A DNA stretch of 64,000 nt. Origin: a virus (taxonomy: Duplodnaviria > Caudoviricetes). The translations under genes were made by a program, and so were the position numbers. The DNA is taken from positions 1 to 64,000 of the IMG/VR virus record IMGVR_UViG_3300031786_000572; one strand, written 5' to 3'. Shown in pieces: positions 16,057-26,353 of this stretch. Each line of letters starts with the position of its first letter. The first letter of the stretch is position 1. The notes beneath the pieces are model-generated. The model saw nothing but the letters and a program-made list of their open reading frames with translations, searched no databases and had not been told where the DNA came from.

Positions 16057-17496
16057 ATGAGTATTAATAAGTTTCACGAGATTACTTTAGAAGGCACTAA
16101 CATTTACCTTAAGAAGCCTTACAGTAATAAAAAAGTTATACTCGGTGTATTGGATCTTAACGATGAACGCTATGTAGAAAAACTAAATGCTATCAAAAAC
16201 GTTCTTTGTGAAGATCGCTTCAATGATATTCTTGAAATCATTTATGATCGTCTACCACCTTCTGCAAGAAACGCCGGAACCAAAGTAATTAGCCGCTTAA
16301 TTAAAGTGTTCTATAATGGCGGTTTGGAAAATCTTGACATGGTAACGGATATGATTAAAAATCCTGCATACATTTCTGCAGAATCTTTAAGTGGTGAACC
16401 TGTAGATATCATATCGGTTTTGGCAAATCATTATAACTTTTTTGCGCCGGAGTTCTTTGAGGAATTATTTAAAGAACAGCCTGGAGATATGGGTCCAAGT
16501 GAATTAATGTTCTCATGTTTCACTACTTTCCAAAAAGGGTCCAAAGGTGATCTTTGGGATCCTGTTACTGAAAGAGGTATTGAAGTAAAAGGTAAAATGG
16601 GTAGGCTTGCTGGTATTGGGAAGGTTGCCAATGGTTTAGATGCTTTGGATAAACTCAACAAGATGTTTAACATTGACGTGGATTTTCGTACGCTATCTTC
16701 TTCATATCTTAAGGCATACATATATCCACTTATTAAAGACGGAATATCATATGCTGATGCTGAGAAGTTTATCATGGCATTATCACAACACCCAGAAACA
16801 TTCCTTACTTATAAAAATGAATTAATCACAAGAGTTCATAATGGGATAAGAAATAAGGAAGAACTCTCTAACATATTTCTTGCAGTTCAAATACTAAACT
16901 ATTACGATTATTCTGGCTTTGATGATTTGCTAATCTTTGGTGATGGTAAAGATGAAAATCCAAAATGTAAACTGTTTAAGATTAATGGTGCTACTCTTGA
17001 TGAAATCTTGGAGTACGGCAAAATCATATCTTACTCCGGTTGGGGTGTAGGTCAAGAAACTTCTATAGGTGTAAGTATTCGTAAATCTGACTGGTTACAG
17101 ATTGAAATTAGCAAATACGGTAGGATGACAAAAGCTGAACGTGAAGCATACATTAAAGAATACCCAGAGATGCTTGATTATTCTGATGAATTAGAAAAAT
17201 CTGTTGAATTAGAAAAAGAAAAACAGCGTGCAGCATCTCGAGCTCAAATGGAAAGGATTAAAGCAGATCCTGTTCTACTTGCTAAGTACCGAGAAAAGCA
17301 AAGAGCTCAGTCTGCTGCTTTAAAAGCAAAAATTTACGCAGACCCGGTTTTACTTGCAGAGTACCGTAAAAAACAACGGGAACAATCAGCAGCAGCCAAG
17401 GCTAGACTTATGGCAGATCCTGTTAAGTGGGAAGCACATAAAGCAAAACAACGTGAGGCATCTCGTAAAAAGAAAGAAAGAAAAACTAATTCATAA
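16057..17496 (+). CDS. PD-(D/E)xK-like nuclease with C-terminal 25-aa basic tandem repeats
   Basis: MGPSELM...GDLWD...IEVKG motif; three ADPV repeats spaced 75 nt apart (17263, 17338, 17413). Confidence 0.6.
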   Translation: MSINKFHEITLEGTNIYLKKPYSNKKVILGVLDLNDERYVEKLNAIKNVLCEDRFNDILEIIYDRLPPSARNAGTKVISRLIKVFYNGGLENLDMVTDMIKNPAYISAESLSGEPVDIISVLANHYNFFAPEFFEELFKEQPGDMGPSELMFSCFTTFQKGSKGDLWDPVTERGIEVKGKMGRLAGIGKVANGLDALDKLNKMFNIDVDFRTLSSSYLKAYIYPLIKDGISYADAEKFIMALSQHPETFLTYKNELITRVHNGIRNKEELSNIFLAVQILNYYDYSGFDDLLIFGDGKDENPKCKLFKINGATLDEILEYGKIISYSGWGVGQETSIGVSIRKSDWLQIEISKYGRMTKAEREAYIKEYPEMLDYSDELEKSVELEKEKQRAASRAQMERIKADPVLLAKYREKQRAQSAALKAKIYADPVLLAEYRKKQREQSAAAKARLMADPVKWEAHKAKQREASRKKKERKTNS

Positions 17497-17560
17497 CTTT
17501 TTTATGACGAAAAACTATCTTACACTTGGTGAATATAAATAAAACAAAAAATATACTATT

Positions 17561-17791
17561 ATGTCAGAAAATACTGAAAACATAATCCCAGAAGTTGTTA
17601 ATGAATGGGATAGCGTGATTATCCAAATTAATAATGGAGAAGATGGCGCCGGAGCAATTCGTATGATGAAACAAGATATTGATGCTCTTATGGAATTACA
17701 TGGTGAAAGTAGAGGAACAATTTTAGACATGTGTCTATTAGCTGTTGAGACTACTCCAAAAGAAAACTTTGCACAACCTGAAGAAAAGTAA
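17561..17791 (+). CDS. Hypothetical protein
   Basis: 76-aa ORF preceded by GAATATAAATA (17531-17541). Confidence 0.7.
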   Translation: MSENTENIIPEVVNEWDSVIIQINNGEDGAGAIRMMKQDIDALMELHGESRGTILDMCLLAVETTPKENFAQPEEK

Positions 17792-17794
17792 GAA

Positions 17795-18121
17795 ATGCCA
17801 TTTCATCAAGATTTTGGAGAACTATACGGCAAAGGGCAAATGTCCGTTAACCCTTACGGTTGGACACCTTTGGAAGTTGAGTACGGTTATAAAGATATTG
17901 CCCGTCAGAAGAATTTCTTTTGGCGAGTTAAAGGAACTCAACATACGTTCAGAATACCTCTTACTTCTTTAAATGAATTTTCACACGGAGACTATGAACA
18001 TCATATCGAATATGTTTTGGAAAATTTTAGGCAAGAGTACCTCTCGTGGGCAGCACAAGGATTCCCAGTTGAGTGGATGGCCGAATACCACCGAGAATAT
18101 AGAAACTACCTTGAAATCTAG
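17795..18121 (+). CDS. Hypothetical protein
   Basis: 108-aa aromatic-rich ORF in operon arrangement. Confidence 0.7.
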   Translation: MPFHQDFGELYGKGQMSVNPYGWTPLEVEYGYKDIARQKNFFWRVKGTQHTFRIPLTSLNEFSHGDYEHHIEYVLENFRQEYLSWAAQGFPVEWMAEYHREYRNYLEI

Positions 18122-18146
18122 TGAAATATATACTAAAACAAATAAT

Positions 18147-18722
18147 ATGAGTCTTAAAACATATCAGTGGATCAAAGGTGAAAAAGCCGGTGATGTTGTA
18201 AAATCTGATGGTGCAATTATTAATGATGAAGGAGTTGATTTTATTATTTTTACTGATGGCAGTAGATGTAATAGCAATCTTTTAGGTGATTATATAATAG
18301 AAGTTCTTAATGATAATCCAGAGAATCTTTTTATGCTTAATGACCTTTCGCCAGAACCTTTGCGCAAGATAACGTCTAACGAAATACCACAAGCGCCGCC
18401 AACACCCGCTAAGCCAACACAAACTATAGCACCGGTTGTTAGTCCATTAGAAGCATTACTTACTACGTCTAAGAAAACTGAAAAGACAGTTAAAGTGTCA
18501 TTAAAAATTAATGTTCCACCTTTTGATTTAATTAAAGTTTTGGCAGCATCTTTTGATGATGGACAAGATCAAGTTCTTAGCTATTTACAAAATAGTATAA
18601 CACCAGAAATGGTTGAAAACTTGAAAAGACAAATTGCAATAGAACTAACTTCTGATATCTTTGAAATTCCAGAGAACATTGAAGAACCACAAGAAAATTT
18701 AGAAAATTATGAAAGAGTTTAA
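18147..18722 (+). CDS. Hypothetical protein, 191 aa (start corrected to ATG 18147)
   Basis: The track's start overlaps the previous gene; this ATG follows GAAATATATA and an A-rich leader. Confidence 0.7.
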   Translation: MSLKTYQWIKGEKAGDVVKSDGAIINDEGVDFIIFTDGSRCNSNLLGDYIIEVLNDNPENLFMLNDLSPEPLRKITSNEIPQAPPTPAKPTQTIAPVVSPLEALLTTSKKTEKTVKVSLKINVPPFDLIKVLAASFDDGQDQVLSYLQNSITPEMVENLKRQIAIELTSDIFEIPENIEEPQENLENYERV

Positions 18723-19251
18723 AACATTAAAGAGCTTCAAAAACTTTGATGTAATCCAGATAGAAGGTCATCAAAAGATTAAGATGAAAACGATGTCGGT
18801 TGCCGTTATGCCTTTTACGACTGATGACACTGGTATGATTAGCAAAATTGGACTTCTTAAAGAATATAACACTTTAAGAGAAGGTGATTTTTGTCATACA
18901 CTTATTACAGGAACTATAGATAACGAAGATGAAGATTTACTATCAACAGCAAAACGTGAACTAACTGAAGAAGGTGGGTTCATTACACCGCCTGAGGAGA
19001 ATCAAAGATGGATTTATTTGGGTAACTTTTTTCCATATAAAGACAGTGACAGACAAGTACCTACATTTGCTGTAGATGTCACTGGATTATCACAGTCAAA
19101 ACCAGAAGGTGATGGTTCAAAAAAGGAAGAACTTTCAGAATTAATTATGATGCCGTCTAATGAAATTTTAGTTTCAGAAGAGACTCTTGCATTAGCTGCA
19201 TTCCTCAGACTATTTAATTACTTTTACTTAAAATCAACAGGGCATGTATAA
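18709..19251 (+). CDS. NUDIX hydrolase
   Basis: GTIDNEDEDLLSTAKRELTEEGG Nudix box. Confidence 0.85.
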   Translation: MKEFKTLKSFKNFDVIQIEGHQKIKMKTMSVAVMPFTTDDTGMISKIGLLKEYNTLREGDFCHTLITGTIDNEDEDLLSTAKRELTEEGGFITPPEENQRWIYLGNFFPYKDSDRQVPTFAVDVTGLSQSKPEGDGSKKEELSELIMMPSNEILVSEETLALAAFLRLFNYFYLKSTGHV

Positions 19252-19570
19252 CAGAAGACAAAGAAGAGAGCTTGAGAAAAAAGCTGGTCTATTAAAAATT
19301 TATCAAAATATGTCTGAGGCAGATAAAGCGGAGTTACGAAAAAGACGCGCTGCATCAGGAAAACAAATACATTTACAAAATGTTCAGGCTCGTGAGCAAT
19401 ATGAAATGGAACAAGAAACACTTCGTTATACCAAAATGATTGAGCGTTTTCAATCTGAAGGCATGAATGACGAAGAAGCAACAGCTGCTGCAGATGCAAT
19501 ACTTAAAGCTGAACAAGATCGTTGGGAAAAGAAACACACAAAAAGAGTCCCACTTCAAGAAAACGAATAA
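19244..19570 (+). CDS. Hypothetical charged/helical protein
   Basis: MYNRRQRRELEKK N-terminus; coupled to the Nudix gene. Confidence 0.7.
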   Translation: MYNRRQRRELEKKAGLLKIYQNMSEADKAELRKRRAASGKQIHLQNVQAREQYEMEQETLRYTKMIERFQSEGMNDEEATAAADAILKAEQDRWEKKHTKRVPLQENE

Positions 19571-20002
19571 ATGAATCTATACATAACAATAGAAGATAAA
19601 AGCAAATTAAAGAAGGCTTTCCTTAACTTAAGAAAACAGCAAATCATTGTCGTTGATGAGGTTGTAGTTGAACTTGGGTATGAAGTTGGAAAGGTGGATG
19701 ATTATGCTTCATTTATTGTTAATCAGAGAATAAAGAAAATCATAACGTCGACTGCGTCAGGCAAAAAGATGCAGTCAATTATTTACGTTAACCATAATCT
19801 TAATGATGAGATTATTCGCGGTCTAATCCATTTTTGCCAAGACAGCACGGTAGTTGACCGTGTAATACTTCTAACAGAAAAAGGAAAGAATGAAGAACTA
19901 TACGAACTCTTTGATGAAATCCTATTCTTTCCTACTATTAAAAAAGTGCATATCATAGAATGCATTACAGTTCCGGTCACTTGGCTAGAAGAAACTGAAT
20001 AG
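19571..20002 (+). CDS. Hypothetical protein
   Basis: 143-aa ORF abutting the previous stop. Confidence 0.72.
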   Translation: MNLYITIEDKSKLKKAFLNLRKQQIIVVDEVVVELGYEVGKVDDYASFIVNQRIKKIITSTASGKKMQSIIYVNHNLNDEIIRGLIHFCQDSTVVDRVILLTEKGKNEELYELFDEILFFPTIKKVHIIECITVPVTWLEETE

Positions 20003-20031
20003 ACTCCTATTACCTTAGATTTTGCTTGTAT

Positions 20032-20039
20032 GATATATA
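20032..20039 (+). promoter_or_regulatory. Putative late promoter (GATATATA) heading the tail/baseplate module
   Basis: Intergenic motif about 40 nt upstream of the first structural gene. Confidence 0.5.
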
Positions 20040-20079
20040 CTTAAAATAGACTATAAGTCTAAGAAAATCATTTAAGCAA

Positions 20080-22212
20080 ATGGCAGAGAATAAAGAAGTT
20101 TATGGGTATGATATCATAAATTATGGTAATAAGACAGCTGGATATGGAATCTTGGTGTTTAAACCAGGTGATAATGCACCCAAAGAACAACGAACTTTCA
20201 TTTACGCTAAGAATTTCCCTGGGAGATACAAAGGTAACTGGAATTACGTAGAAGCAGCGGTTAAAGACTTAAAAAGTCAATACCCAGGCGTTGAAAAAAT
20301 GCAGCCGCGCCCTACGCCGCAGCCTACGCCGCCGCAGCCTAATACAACTGTTGCTGATGTTAAACCAATTCAAACACTTGAACCTACTGACTTACGTCTT
20401 GTTTTTGCAACGAGTGCTGACGGACAAGTTGTTTATTCTATGTCAGGAGAACCAAAGAATACACATTTACTTGTTGATGGAATGCAATTTTCCGAAGGAA
20501 CTGATGAAGCATCTGCTAAGACAGGAAAAAGGAAAATGGAAAATGAGTTTACCGCAGAAGAATTACAAAATAAAGCAATTGAATTTGCCGGTGTACCTGC
20601 ATTAATTAACTCTAACTCATATATTAACTTACAAGCAGCTGGCGGAAAAATTAACAATAAGTACTTAATAGACCGAGAAAATAGTATACGTTTTTATAAC
20701 ATATCTGAACCTGGTGTTGGTGATGGTAGCGGTGTTCAGGCGTCTTCCGCACCAACTGTAAATCAAATAGTTGCATGGAGTAGATCAAATGACTCAAATG
20801 CTGCTAAGTTCCCTTATAAGTTTACCGACTTTGCATTTTTAAAATGGTGGAAGAAAATTCCTAATAACTATCTTATTACATTAAGACGTTATCCGTTTCC
20901 TGTTAATGATGCAGTTATAAGTGGAGAAGAAGCTAGAAAAGATCTTAAACTTGATAAACTAAAACCGGTAGCAACTATGCTTACGTTTTTAGGTGAAGAC
21001 ACGGGTAACAAAATATCTTCTATTTTAGGTCCTATTGAAACTGGTCTTAAGTGGAAAGATTTTGAAGCTAAAGTATGGGAAGTAAGTACCTCAGGTGATG
21101 CGGCAAGTGTAAATAACCCAGCGCCTGGATTAGCAAAAATGCTTGGGTTTTTAGCAACTGGTGATGCACGTGGAACAAGCGCAACTGTAACACCGCCGGA
21201 TCCTTATAATAATGGTCCATACGCAAACAAGATCATTGGTCCTGTAAACGTAATTAATACAACTAAAGGTCGTGATCAAGGACTAACATTTGCGCACAAG
21301 ATGGAACTTGTATTTGAATATAGTTTAAGAGGTATTGGTGGAATTAATACAAAGGCAGCGGGATTAGATATTATTGCAAATGCAATGTTAATGACATCGG
21401 CAACTGCACCATTTTGGGGCGGTCAAAACAGATACTTACCAAATGCTGGTTCTGGGCAAGGTGACCCATTTCTTGGCGGGTCTGAAGGCCGAAGTGCTTG
21501 GTTACGCGGTGATCCTGCAGGATTTTTGTCTGCATTAAAAAATCAATTTATGAGTATTGGGGATAACTTGAGTGACTTGTTTAACAAATTCTTTACGGGA
21601 GACGGTATGTCTCTTGAAAGTATTGCAGGTGGTGCCAAAGATGCTGCCAAGCTATTTATGAAAAACAGTGTTACGGAATCAACCAGAGTTACTACAGGTA
21701 TTCACTCGTTATTAACCGGAGCTCCTGTTGGCGAATGGCATGTATGTGTTGGACCACCAATGAATCCAATGATGATGATGGGTAATATGATTGTAACTAA
21801 TGCTAAAATTGAATTTAGTGATGAACTTGGTCCTGATGATTTCCCAGCAGAAATAAAAGTAACAATTACAATTGAACATGGAATGCCTCGTGATAAAGCA
21901 GGCATTGAATCTATGTTTAACAAAGGACGAGGTAGAATTTATGCCTTACCTAAAGGATATGAAGAAACTCTTGCATCAAGTTCACAATCTCCAGTAGATA
22001 CATCAATCGAAGCAAGATACAAATATTCTCGTAATGATCCTTCTTCAAATAAAGAAGCAGATGGCAAAACCGCTGACCAAAAACAAACGGAAAAAACTGA
22101 TGCAGGGTCAACAAATAAAGCTCCTACCGTAGGGTCTGTATACGCTGCTCTATATTCGCAAGGTTCGGGTTATTCACCAGCAGTTCCTAAACCAGCAGAG
22201 AAAAAAGAATAA
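20080..22212 (+). CDS. Putative baseplate/tail-tube-associated structural protein (gp48/gp54-like position)
   Basis: Context upstream of the gp53-like gene; beta-rich C-terminal tube-like segment (GNMIVTNAKIEFSDELGPDDFP..IKVTITIEH); Pro-rich linker. Confidence 0.5.
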   Translation: MAENKEVYGYDIINYGNKTAGYGILVFKPGDNAPKEQRTFIYAKNFPGRYKGNWNYVEAAVKDLKSQYPGVEKMQPRPTPQPTPPQPNTTVADVKPIQTLEPTDLRLVFATSADGQVVYSMSGEPKNTHLLVDGMQFSEGTDEASAKTGKRKMENEFTAEELQNKAIEFAGVPALINSNSYINLQAAGGKINNKYLIDRENSIRFYNISEPGVGDGSGVQASSAPTVNQIVAWSRSNDSNAAKFPYKFTDFAFLKWWKKIPNNYLITLRRYPFPVNDAVISGEEARKDLKLDKLKPVATMLTFLGEDTGNKISSILGPIETGLKWKDFEAKVWEVSTSGDAASVNNPAPGLAKMLGFLATGDARGTSATVTPPDPYNNGPYANKIIGPVNVINTTKGRDQGLTFAHKMELVFEYSLRGIGGINTKAAGLDIIANAMLMTSATAPFWGGQNRYLPNAGSGQGDPFLGGSEGRSAWLRGDPAGFLSALKNQFMSIGDNLSDLFNKFFTGDGMSLESIAGGAKDAAKLFMKNSVTESTRVTTGIHSLLTGAPVGEWHVCVGPPMNPMMMMGNMIVTNAKIEFSDELGPDDFPAEIKVTITIEHGMPRDKAGIESMFNKGRGRIYALPKGYEETLASSSQSPVDTSIEARYKYSRNDPSSNKEADGKTADQKQTEKTDAGSTNKAPTVGSVYAALYSQGSGYSPAVPKPAEKKE

Positions 22213-22223
22213 AAATCTTAATT

Positions 22224-22847
22224 ATGTTAGAGTTTTTTAAAACACAAGATAGTAAACCTTTAGTTAAGGATAAAAAAGGAACAGAAATAGTTAATTTTAT
22301 TGAAAAAGATATGGTAGCCTCACAAATTGGTTACCGTCCTATTATTATTGACTATTATTTGGTTACCGCTGAGGATTCTATGCGAGCCGATTTAATTACA
22401 CAAAAAATGTATGGCTATTTGTCAGCAATCGAAGGTGTACTTAAATTTAATGAAATAAGTAATCCGTTTGCGATTGATGAAGGTGATGTTCTATATACGT
22501 TTGACATACCAAGCATGAATGCAAATATGAGAACAGGAACTACCAATGATTCATTAAGAGCTGATATTCGAGATCAATACCTAACACCAGAAAAGAAATC
22601 TACAGTAGATCCTGCTTTACGTGCTTTTGATAAACGTGACACACCGAGAAAACCAAATCCCGCAAAAGGTAATCAACCAGCATTACCGCCAAACTATGCT
22701 GCATTTGGTGATACTGAATTACAAGTAAGAAACGGAAAAATTGTATTTGGTCCTGGGGTTACAAAACAAGATGAAGATTGCGATAAACCATTATCAAAAA
22801 GCGAATTCATTTCAAGATTAATTAAGAATAGACTAAATAATAAGTAA
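22224..22847 (+). CDS. gp53-like baseplate wedge protein (LysM-like)
   Basis: RADLITQKMYG...VLKFNEISNPFAIDEGDVLY motif. Confidence 0.7.
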   Translation: MLEFFKTQDSKPLVKDKKGTEIVNFIEKDMVASQIGYRPIIIDYYLVTAEDSMRADLITQKMYGYLSAIEGVLKFNEISNPFAIDEGDVLYTFDIPSMNANMRTGTTNDSLRADIRDQYLTPEKKSTVDPALRAFDKRDTPRKPNPAKGNQPALPPNYAAFGDTELQVRNGKIVFGPGVTKQDEDCDKPLSKSEFISRLIKNRLNNK

Positions 22848-24397
22848 TGGCGCAACCAGAAAAAACAATCATAAGATCTTTACTTGACCCTAAGATAAAA
22901 ATCGATAGGCTTGAGGTGGAAGATGCGTTCACAGGAACAAGTGAAAAACTTCCAGAAAGCAAGAAAGGCACTTCTACTGGTCATCAAATACAAAATGAAT
23001 TGGGTATTTCATATCCTTTTTTATCAATTAACAATTATGTTTTTGATGCTGATGAAATAGATTACTTTATGATTGATGCTACTGGGTTTTTACCTCAAGT
23101 AACATTTATTTTTACATTACATAAAACCGACGCATTCAAGTCACAAGGTTATCCAAAAGATGGTGACATCTTAAGTGTTTTTATTCGTGCTAAAAATAAT
23201 GCCTTTAAGCCAATTCGTAATGATTACATAATTAAGAATGTATCAAGTGGAGAAGGCGGTCAAGATAATGCTGGTGGAACAACTACTATTTCAGGTGAAT
23301 TGTTTATTCCTCATATTAAAGACCAACTTATAAAATCATACACTGGAAATTCTTTTGATGTTCTAAATCAAATTGCGCAGGAATTACAAATGGGCTATGC
23401 AACTAATGAAACATCTACTAGTGATTCACAGGCATGGTTATGCGCTGGAAGCAGCTGGGAAGAATACATTCAACATATTGCTGCCGCTTCTTGGAAAGAT
23501 GAAAACAGCTTCTATAAATGTTATATAGATGTTTACTACCATTTAAACTTCATTAATGTAAATAATCAATTAGAAGGTGAAGGCCAACTTGCTGCCGGTA
23601 TTCTTGATGTAACTTTAACCAAAGATTTTTACAGTGATAAGATTGGCGAAGCTGAAAATGCACAAAAACAGATTGGTAAGTTCTTAACTTCATTAGCAAA
23701 TATGTCAGGTACTAACATGTACATCCAAGGATACAAGACAAAGAATGAAAGTTCAAGAATACACGAAGAACATGGTTATAAGTACAATGTGCAATTCTTT
23801 GATATGAAAAGTTTAAAGTATTGGAATATTTTTGTAGACCCTAAGACTTCTGACGGCGCAGAACAGAAAAAGATTATTTTAAAAGGTAGAACATTTCCTA
23901 AAAAGGAAGAACAAACTAAAGATGGAAAATCTCCGTCTGCTGAAGAGTATTGGAAAACTCAAAATCGTTTTGTTTGGAAAGGTATTCAGAGTACCAACGT
24001 TCATGACAAGTATACATTTGCTATTGCACATAATGAAAGAAACCTTCTTGAGCTTAAAAAGTTATATCTTGAAGTAAATGTACAACGTTGGAACCCAAAT
24101 ATATACAATGGAGAGCGTATACCTCTTTTACTTACATCACAAGCTGATGAACTTAAAGCAAGAATAGATGCATCAAATGCTGATAAAAAAGTTTTAGACC
24201 AAGACCAAGGTGGAGGCGCGCCTCCAGTACTTGACCAATTTTATAGCGGATACTATATGATTAACGGTGTGCAGTTCGTATATAATAAGCAAGGACCAAG
24301 AGAAACCAAAGGTGAAAACGCTGGAAAATATAATGGACCTGCATTTTATCAAACTTTTATAATGACACGTCGAGAATGGCCAACACCTCTCGGATAA
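22847..24397 (+). CDS. Putative baseplate hub protein (gp27-like)
   Basis: Position between the gp53-like and gp5-like genes; hub-like segments (SFDVLNQIAQELQMG, YIQHIAAASW). Confidence 0.55.
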   Translation: MAQPEKTIIRSLLDPKIKIDRLEVEDAFTGTSEKLPESKKGTSTGHQIQNELGISYPFLSINNYVFDADEIDYFMIDATGFLPQVTFIFTLHKTDAFKSQGYPKDGDILSVFIRAKNNAFKPIRNDYIIKNVSSGEGGQDNAGGTTTISGELFIPHIKDQLIKSYTGNSFDVLNQIAQELQMGYATNETSTSDSQAWLCAGSSWEEYIQHIAAASWKDENSFYKCYIDVYYHLNFINVNNQLEGEGQLAAGILDVTLTKDFYSDKIGEAENAQKQIGKFLTSLANMSGTNMYIQGYKTKNESSRIHEEHGYKYNVQFFDMKSLKYWNIFVDPKTSDGAEQKKIILKGRTFPKKEEQTKDGKSPSAEEYWKTQNRFVWKGIQSTNVHDKYTFAIAHNERNLLELKKLYLEVNVQRWNPNIYNGERIPLLLTSQADELKARIDASNADKKVLDQDQGGGAPPVLDQFYSGYYMINGVQFVYNKQGPRETKGENAGKYNGPAFYQTFIMTRREWPTPLG

Positions 24398-24412
24398 AAA
24401 TAATAATGACCC

Positions 24413-26353
24413 ATGCAATACGCAGATAGTGTAACCAAATCTTTTTTAACGTACGGTAATCCTTCAACGGTTACATTACCGCCTGGTTCTATGTCAGATT
24501 GGCAAGATCCTACTTACATGGGATTTCAGATAAGATTAGTGACTAGCCTAAATAATGAAGTTGACTTAGATGATATGCCGCACGGACTTTTCTGTGGAAC
24601 TTATAGTCAAAAAGATAAAGAAAACGCTAGTCAATATACACACAGTAACAAATACTCTACATATAACTACTTAATTAATCGTGGTGAATATAAGAGAGCT
24701 GAATACATAAGATTATTTGAAACTGGGTTTGGTACATTACTTAATGAATGTCCTTGGTATTTTGTAAAAGTATCAGGACTTGCAGATGCTTGGAAAATTG
24801 ATTCTAAGAATAACTGGAGAGGTAAAGATAAAAAAATTACGGTAGAAACACTAGAATCTATTGATATGAAAATGACATATCTAATAGACTGTTATCGTAA
24901 AGCAGTATTTGATGCAAATTGGATGAGATGGGCTGTGCCAGATCATATGCGTTGGTTTAAAATGGATATCATTATTAGTGAAGTTCGTCCTATGAAAATT
25001 GGTAAAGTTGCTGAAGAGACAACCAATAATCCTGGGCCTGACACATCTACAGAGCCATCAACAAAATTAGGAAAACTTGCAAAGAAAGTAGGTACTTCGG
25101 TACAGCAAAAAGCAACATCAGCATTAGCTGATGTCGCGGCAAGTGCTGGTTTAACTTTAGGCCCGGGTACACCTCGTGAATATGGATTGGTTACAGATAA
25201 AACACCAGAGCCTTGGTCAGCTGCTACTTTTATAAAGTTTTCATTTGAACACTGTGAAATTGATTTAACTGAAGCTCCGCCATATTTAGATACGGTAGGG
25301 ATCATAGGTGACACCGTTGCCTCTAATAAGTTTGTAATTAAAACGGGAGTTATTCGCGAGAGTAATACATACGGTCTTCTTGGAGCAATTCTTGACGATA
25401 CATTAACATGGGACGCGTATGGTAAAGATGCAGCAAAAGAAGCTAAAGTTATAAATTTCCAAACTGCTAAAGATACTGCCGCAATACCAAGTTCTTACGA
25501 AGTTAATCCAACAAGAGCTGATACACAAAAAGCATTTGATTCCGCAAACGGGAAACCTAATTCAGGTGGTCTTTTAAGTCAGATAGGCCAGAAGGCACTT
25601 TCTGGAATAACAGCGGCTGCAACGGATCTTATTAAGAATGCTGTGAATGGTTTCTTATTAGGAAATGTATATAATGCGTCTCCACTTGGATTATTTAATG
25701 CTGCACAAGGTATTCTGAATAATCCAACCGGGGCAGTAGAAGGTTTATTAAGAAGACAAAGTAGTCCAGGTATTGCTGCTATGATGGCAAAGAAAGTAGA
25801 ACTTACAGGTGCGGAAATAAACTTGGTTAAAACTCTTATTGGGCAGACTACATTAGAAAGCGCAGCACCGGAATTAAATAGCCCGGGTAATGTTGGATTA
25901 GTGGGAGCTGTTAACCCACCAGAAACTTTAGGCAAAGAAAGTTTAACTTCTCCAGATACTCAAACAACTCCGCCGGGGAAAGTTGTATTATCAGCTGTGC
26001 CTTCAGATAATACAACTTTAGGTAGTACTACATTTGAGTTACCAAATATAAATACTGGAGGCGCGAGTAAAGTTGATTTATCAGGTCCTGAAATACCAGC
26101 GGCTAGTCCACAGAAAACAAACTTGGAGGCATTTGCGTCTGCAGGCATACCTTCTTCTAGAGCTAATCTTACGGCTCCTAATAAAAAGGTAGCAACACAG
26201 CAGAATGTTAGTCTTGAAGGTGCCACTGTTACTACAAGTGATCTTGGAGAGGCTGATTTAACAGGCGCACCTGCGGAAACTGCTACATTAGGAAAAGCTG
26301 ATTTAACCGCAGCACTTGTACCACCAACCACATTAGGAAAAGCTGATTTATAA
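24413..26353 (+). CDS. Tail/baseplate structural protein with C-terminal 15-aa repeats
   Basis: Context; ten full plus one partial 15-aa repeat at 25883-26350. Confidence 0.55.
   Translation: MQYADSVTKSFLTYGNPSTVTLPPGSMSDWQDPTYMGFQIRLVTSLNNEVDLDDMPHGLFCGTYSQKDKENASQYTHSNKYSTYNYLINRGEYKRAEYIRLFETGFGTLLNECPWYFVKVSGLADAWKIDSKNNWRGKDKKITVETLESIDMKMTYLIDCYRKAVFDANWMRWAVPDHMRWFKMDIIISEVRPMKIGKVAEETTNNPGPDTSTEPSTKLGKLAKKVGTSVQQKATSALADVAASAGLTLGPGTPREYGLVTDKTPEPWSAATFIKFSFEHCEIDLTEAPPYLDTVGIIGDTVASNKFVIKTGVIRESNTYGLLGAILDDTLTWDAYGKDAAKEAKVINFQTAKDTAAIPSSYEVNPTRADTQKAFDSANGKPNSGGLLSQIGQKALSGITAAATDLIKNAVNGFLLGNVYNASPLGLFNAAQGILNNPTGAVEGLLRRQSSPGIAAMMAKKVELTGAEINLVKTLIGQTTLESAAPELNSPGNVGLVGAVNPPETLGKESLTSPDTQTTPPGKVVLSAVPSDNTTLGSTTFELPNINTGGASKVDLSGPEIPAASPQKTNLEAFASAGIPSSRANLTAPNKKVATQQNVSLEGATVTTSDLGEADLTGAPAETATLGKADLTAALVPPTTLGKADL

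Noticed and set aside
20301-20340. GC-rich micro-repeat (CCTACGCCGCAG twice)
   Set aside because: Explained as coding for the Pro/Gln linker PRPTPQPTPPQP
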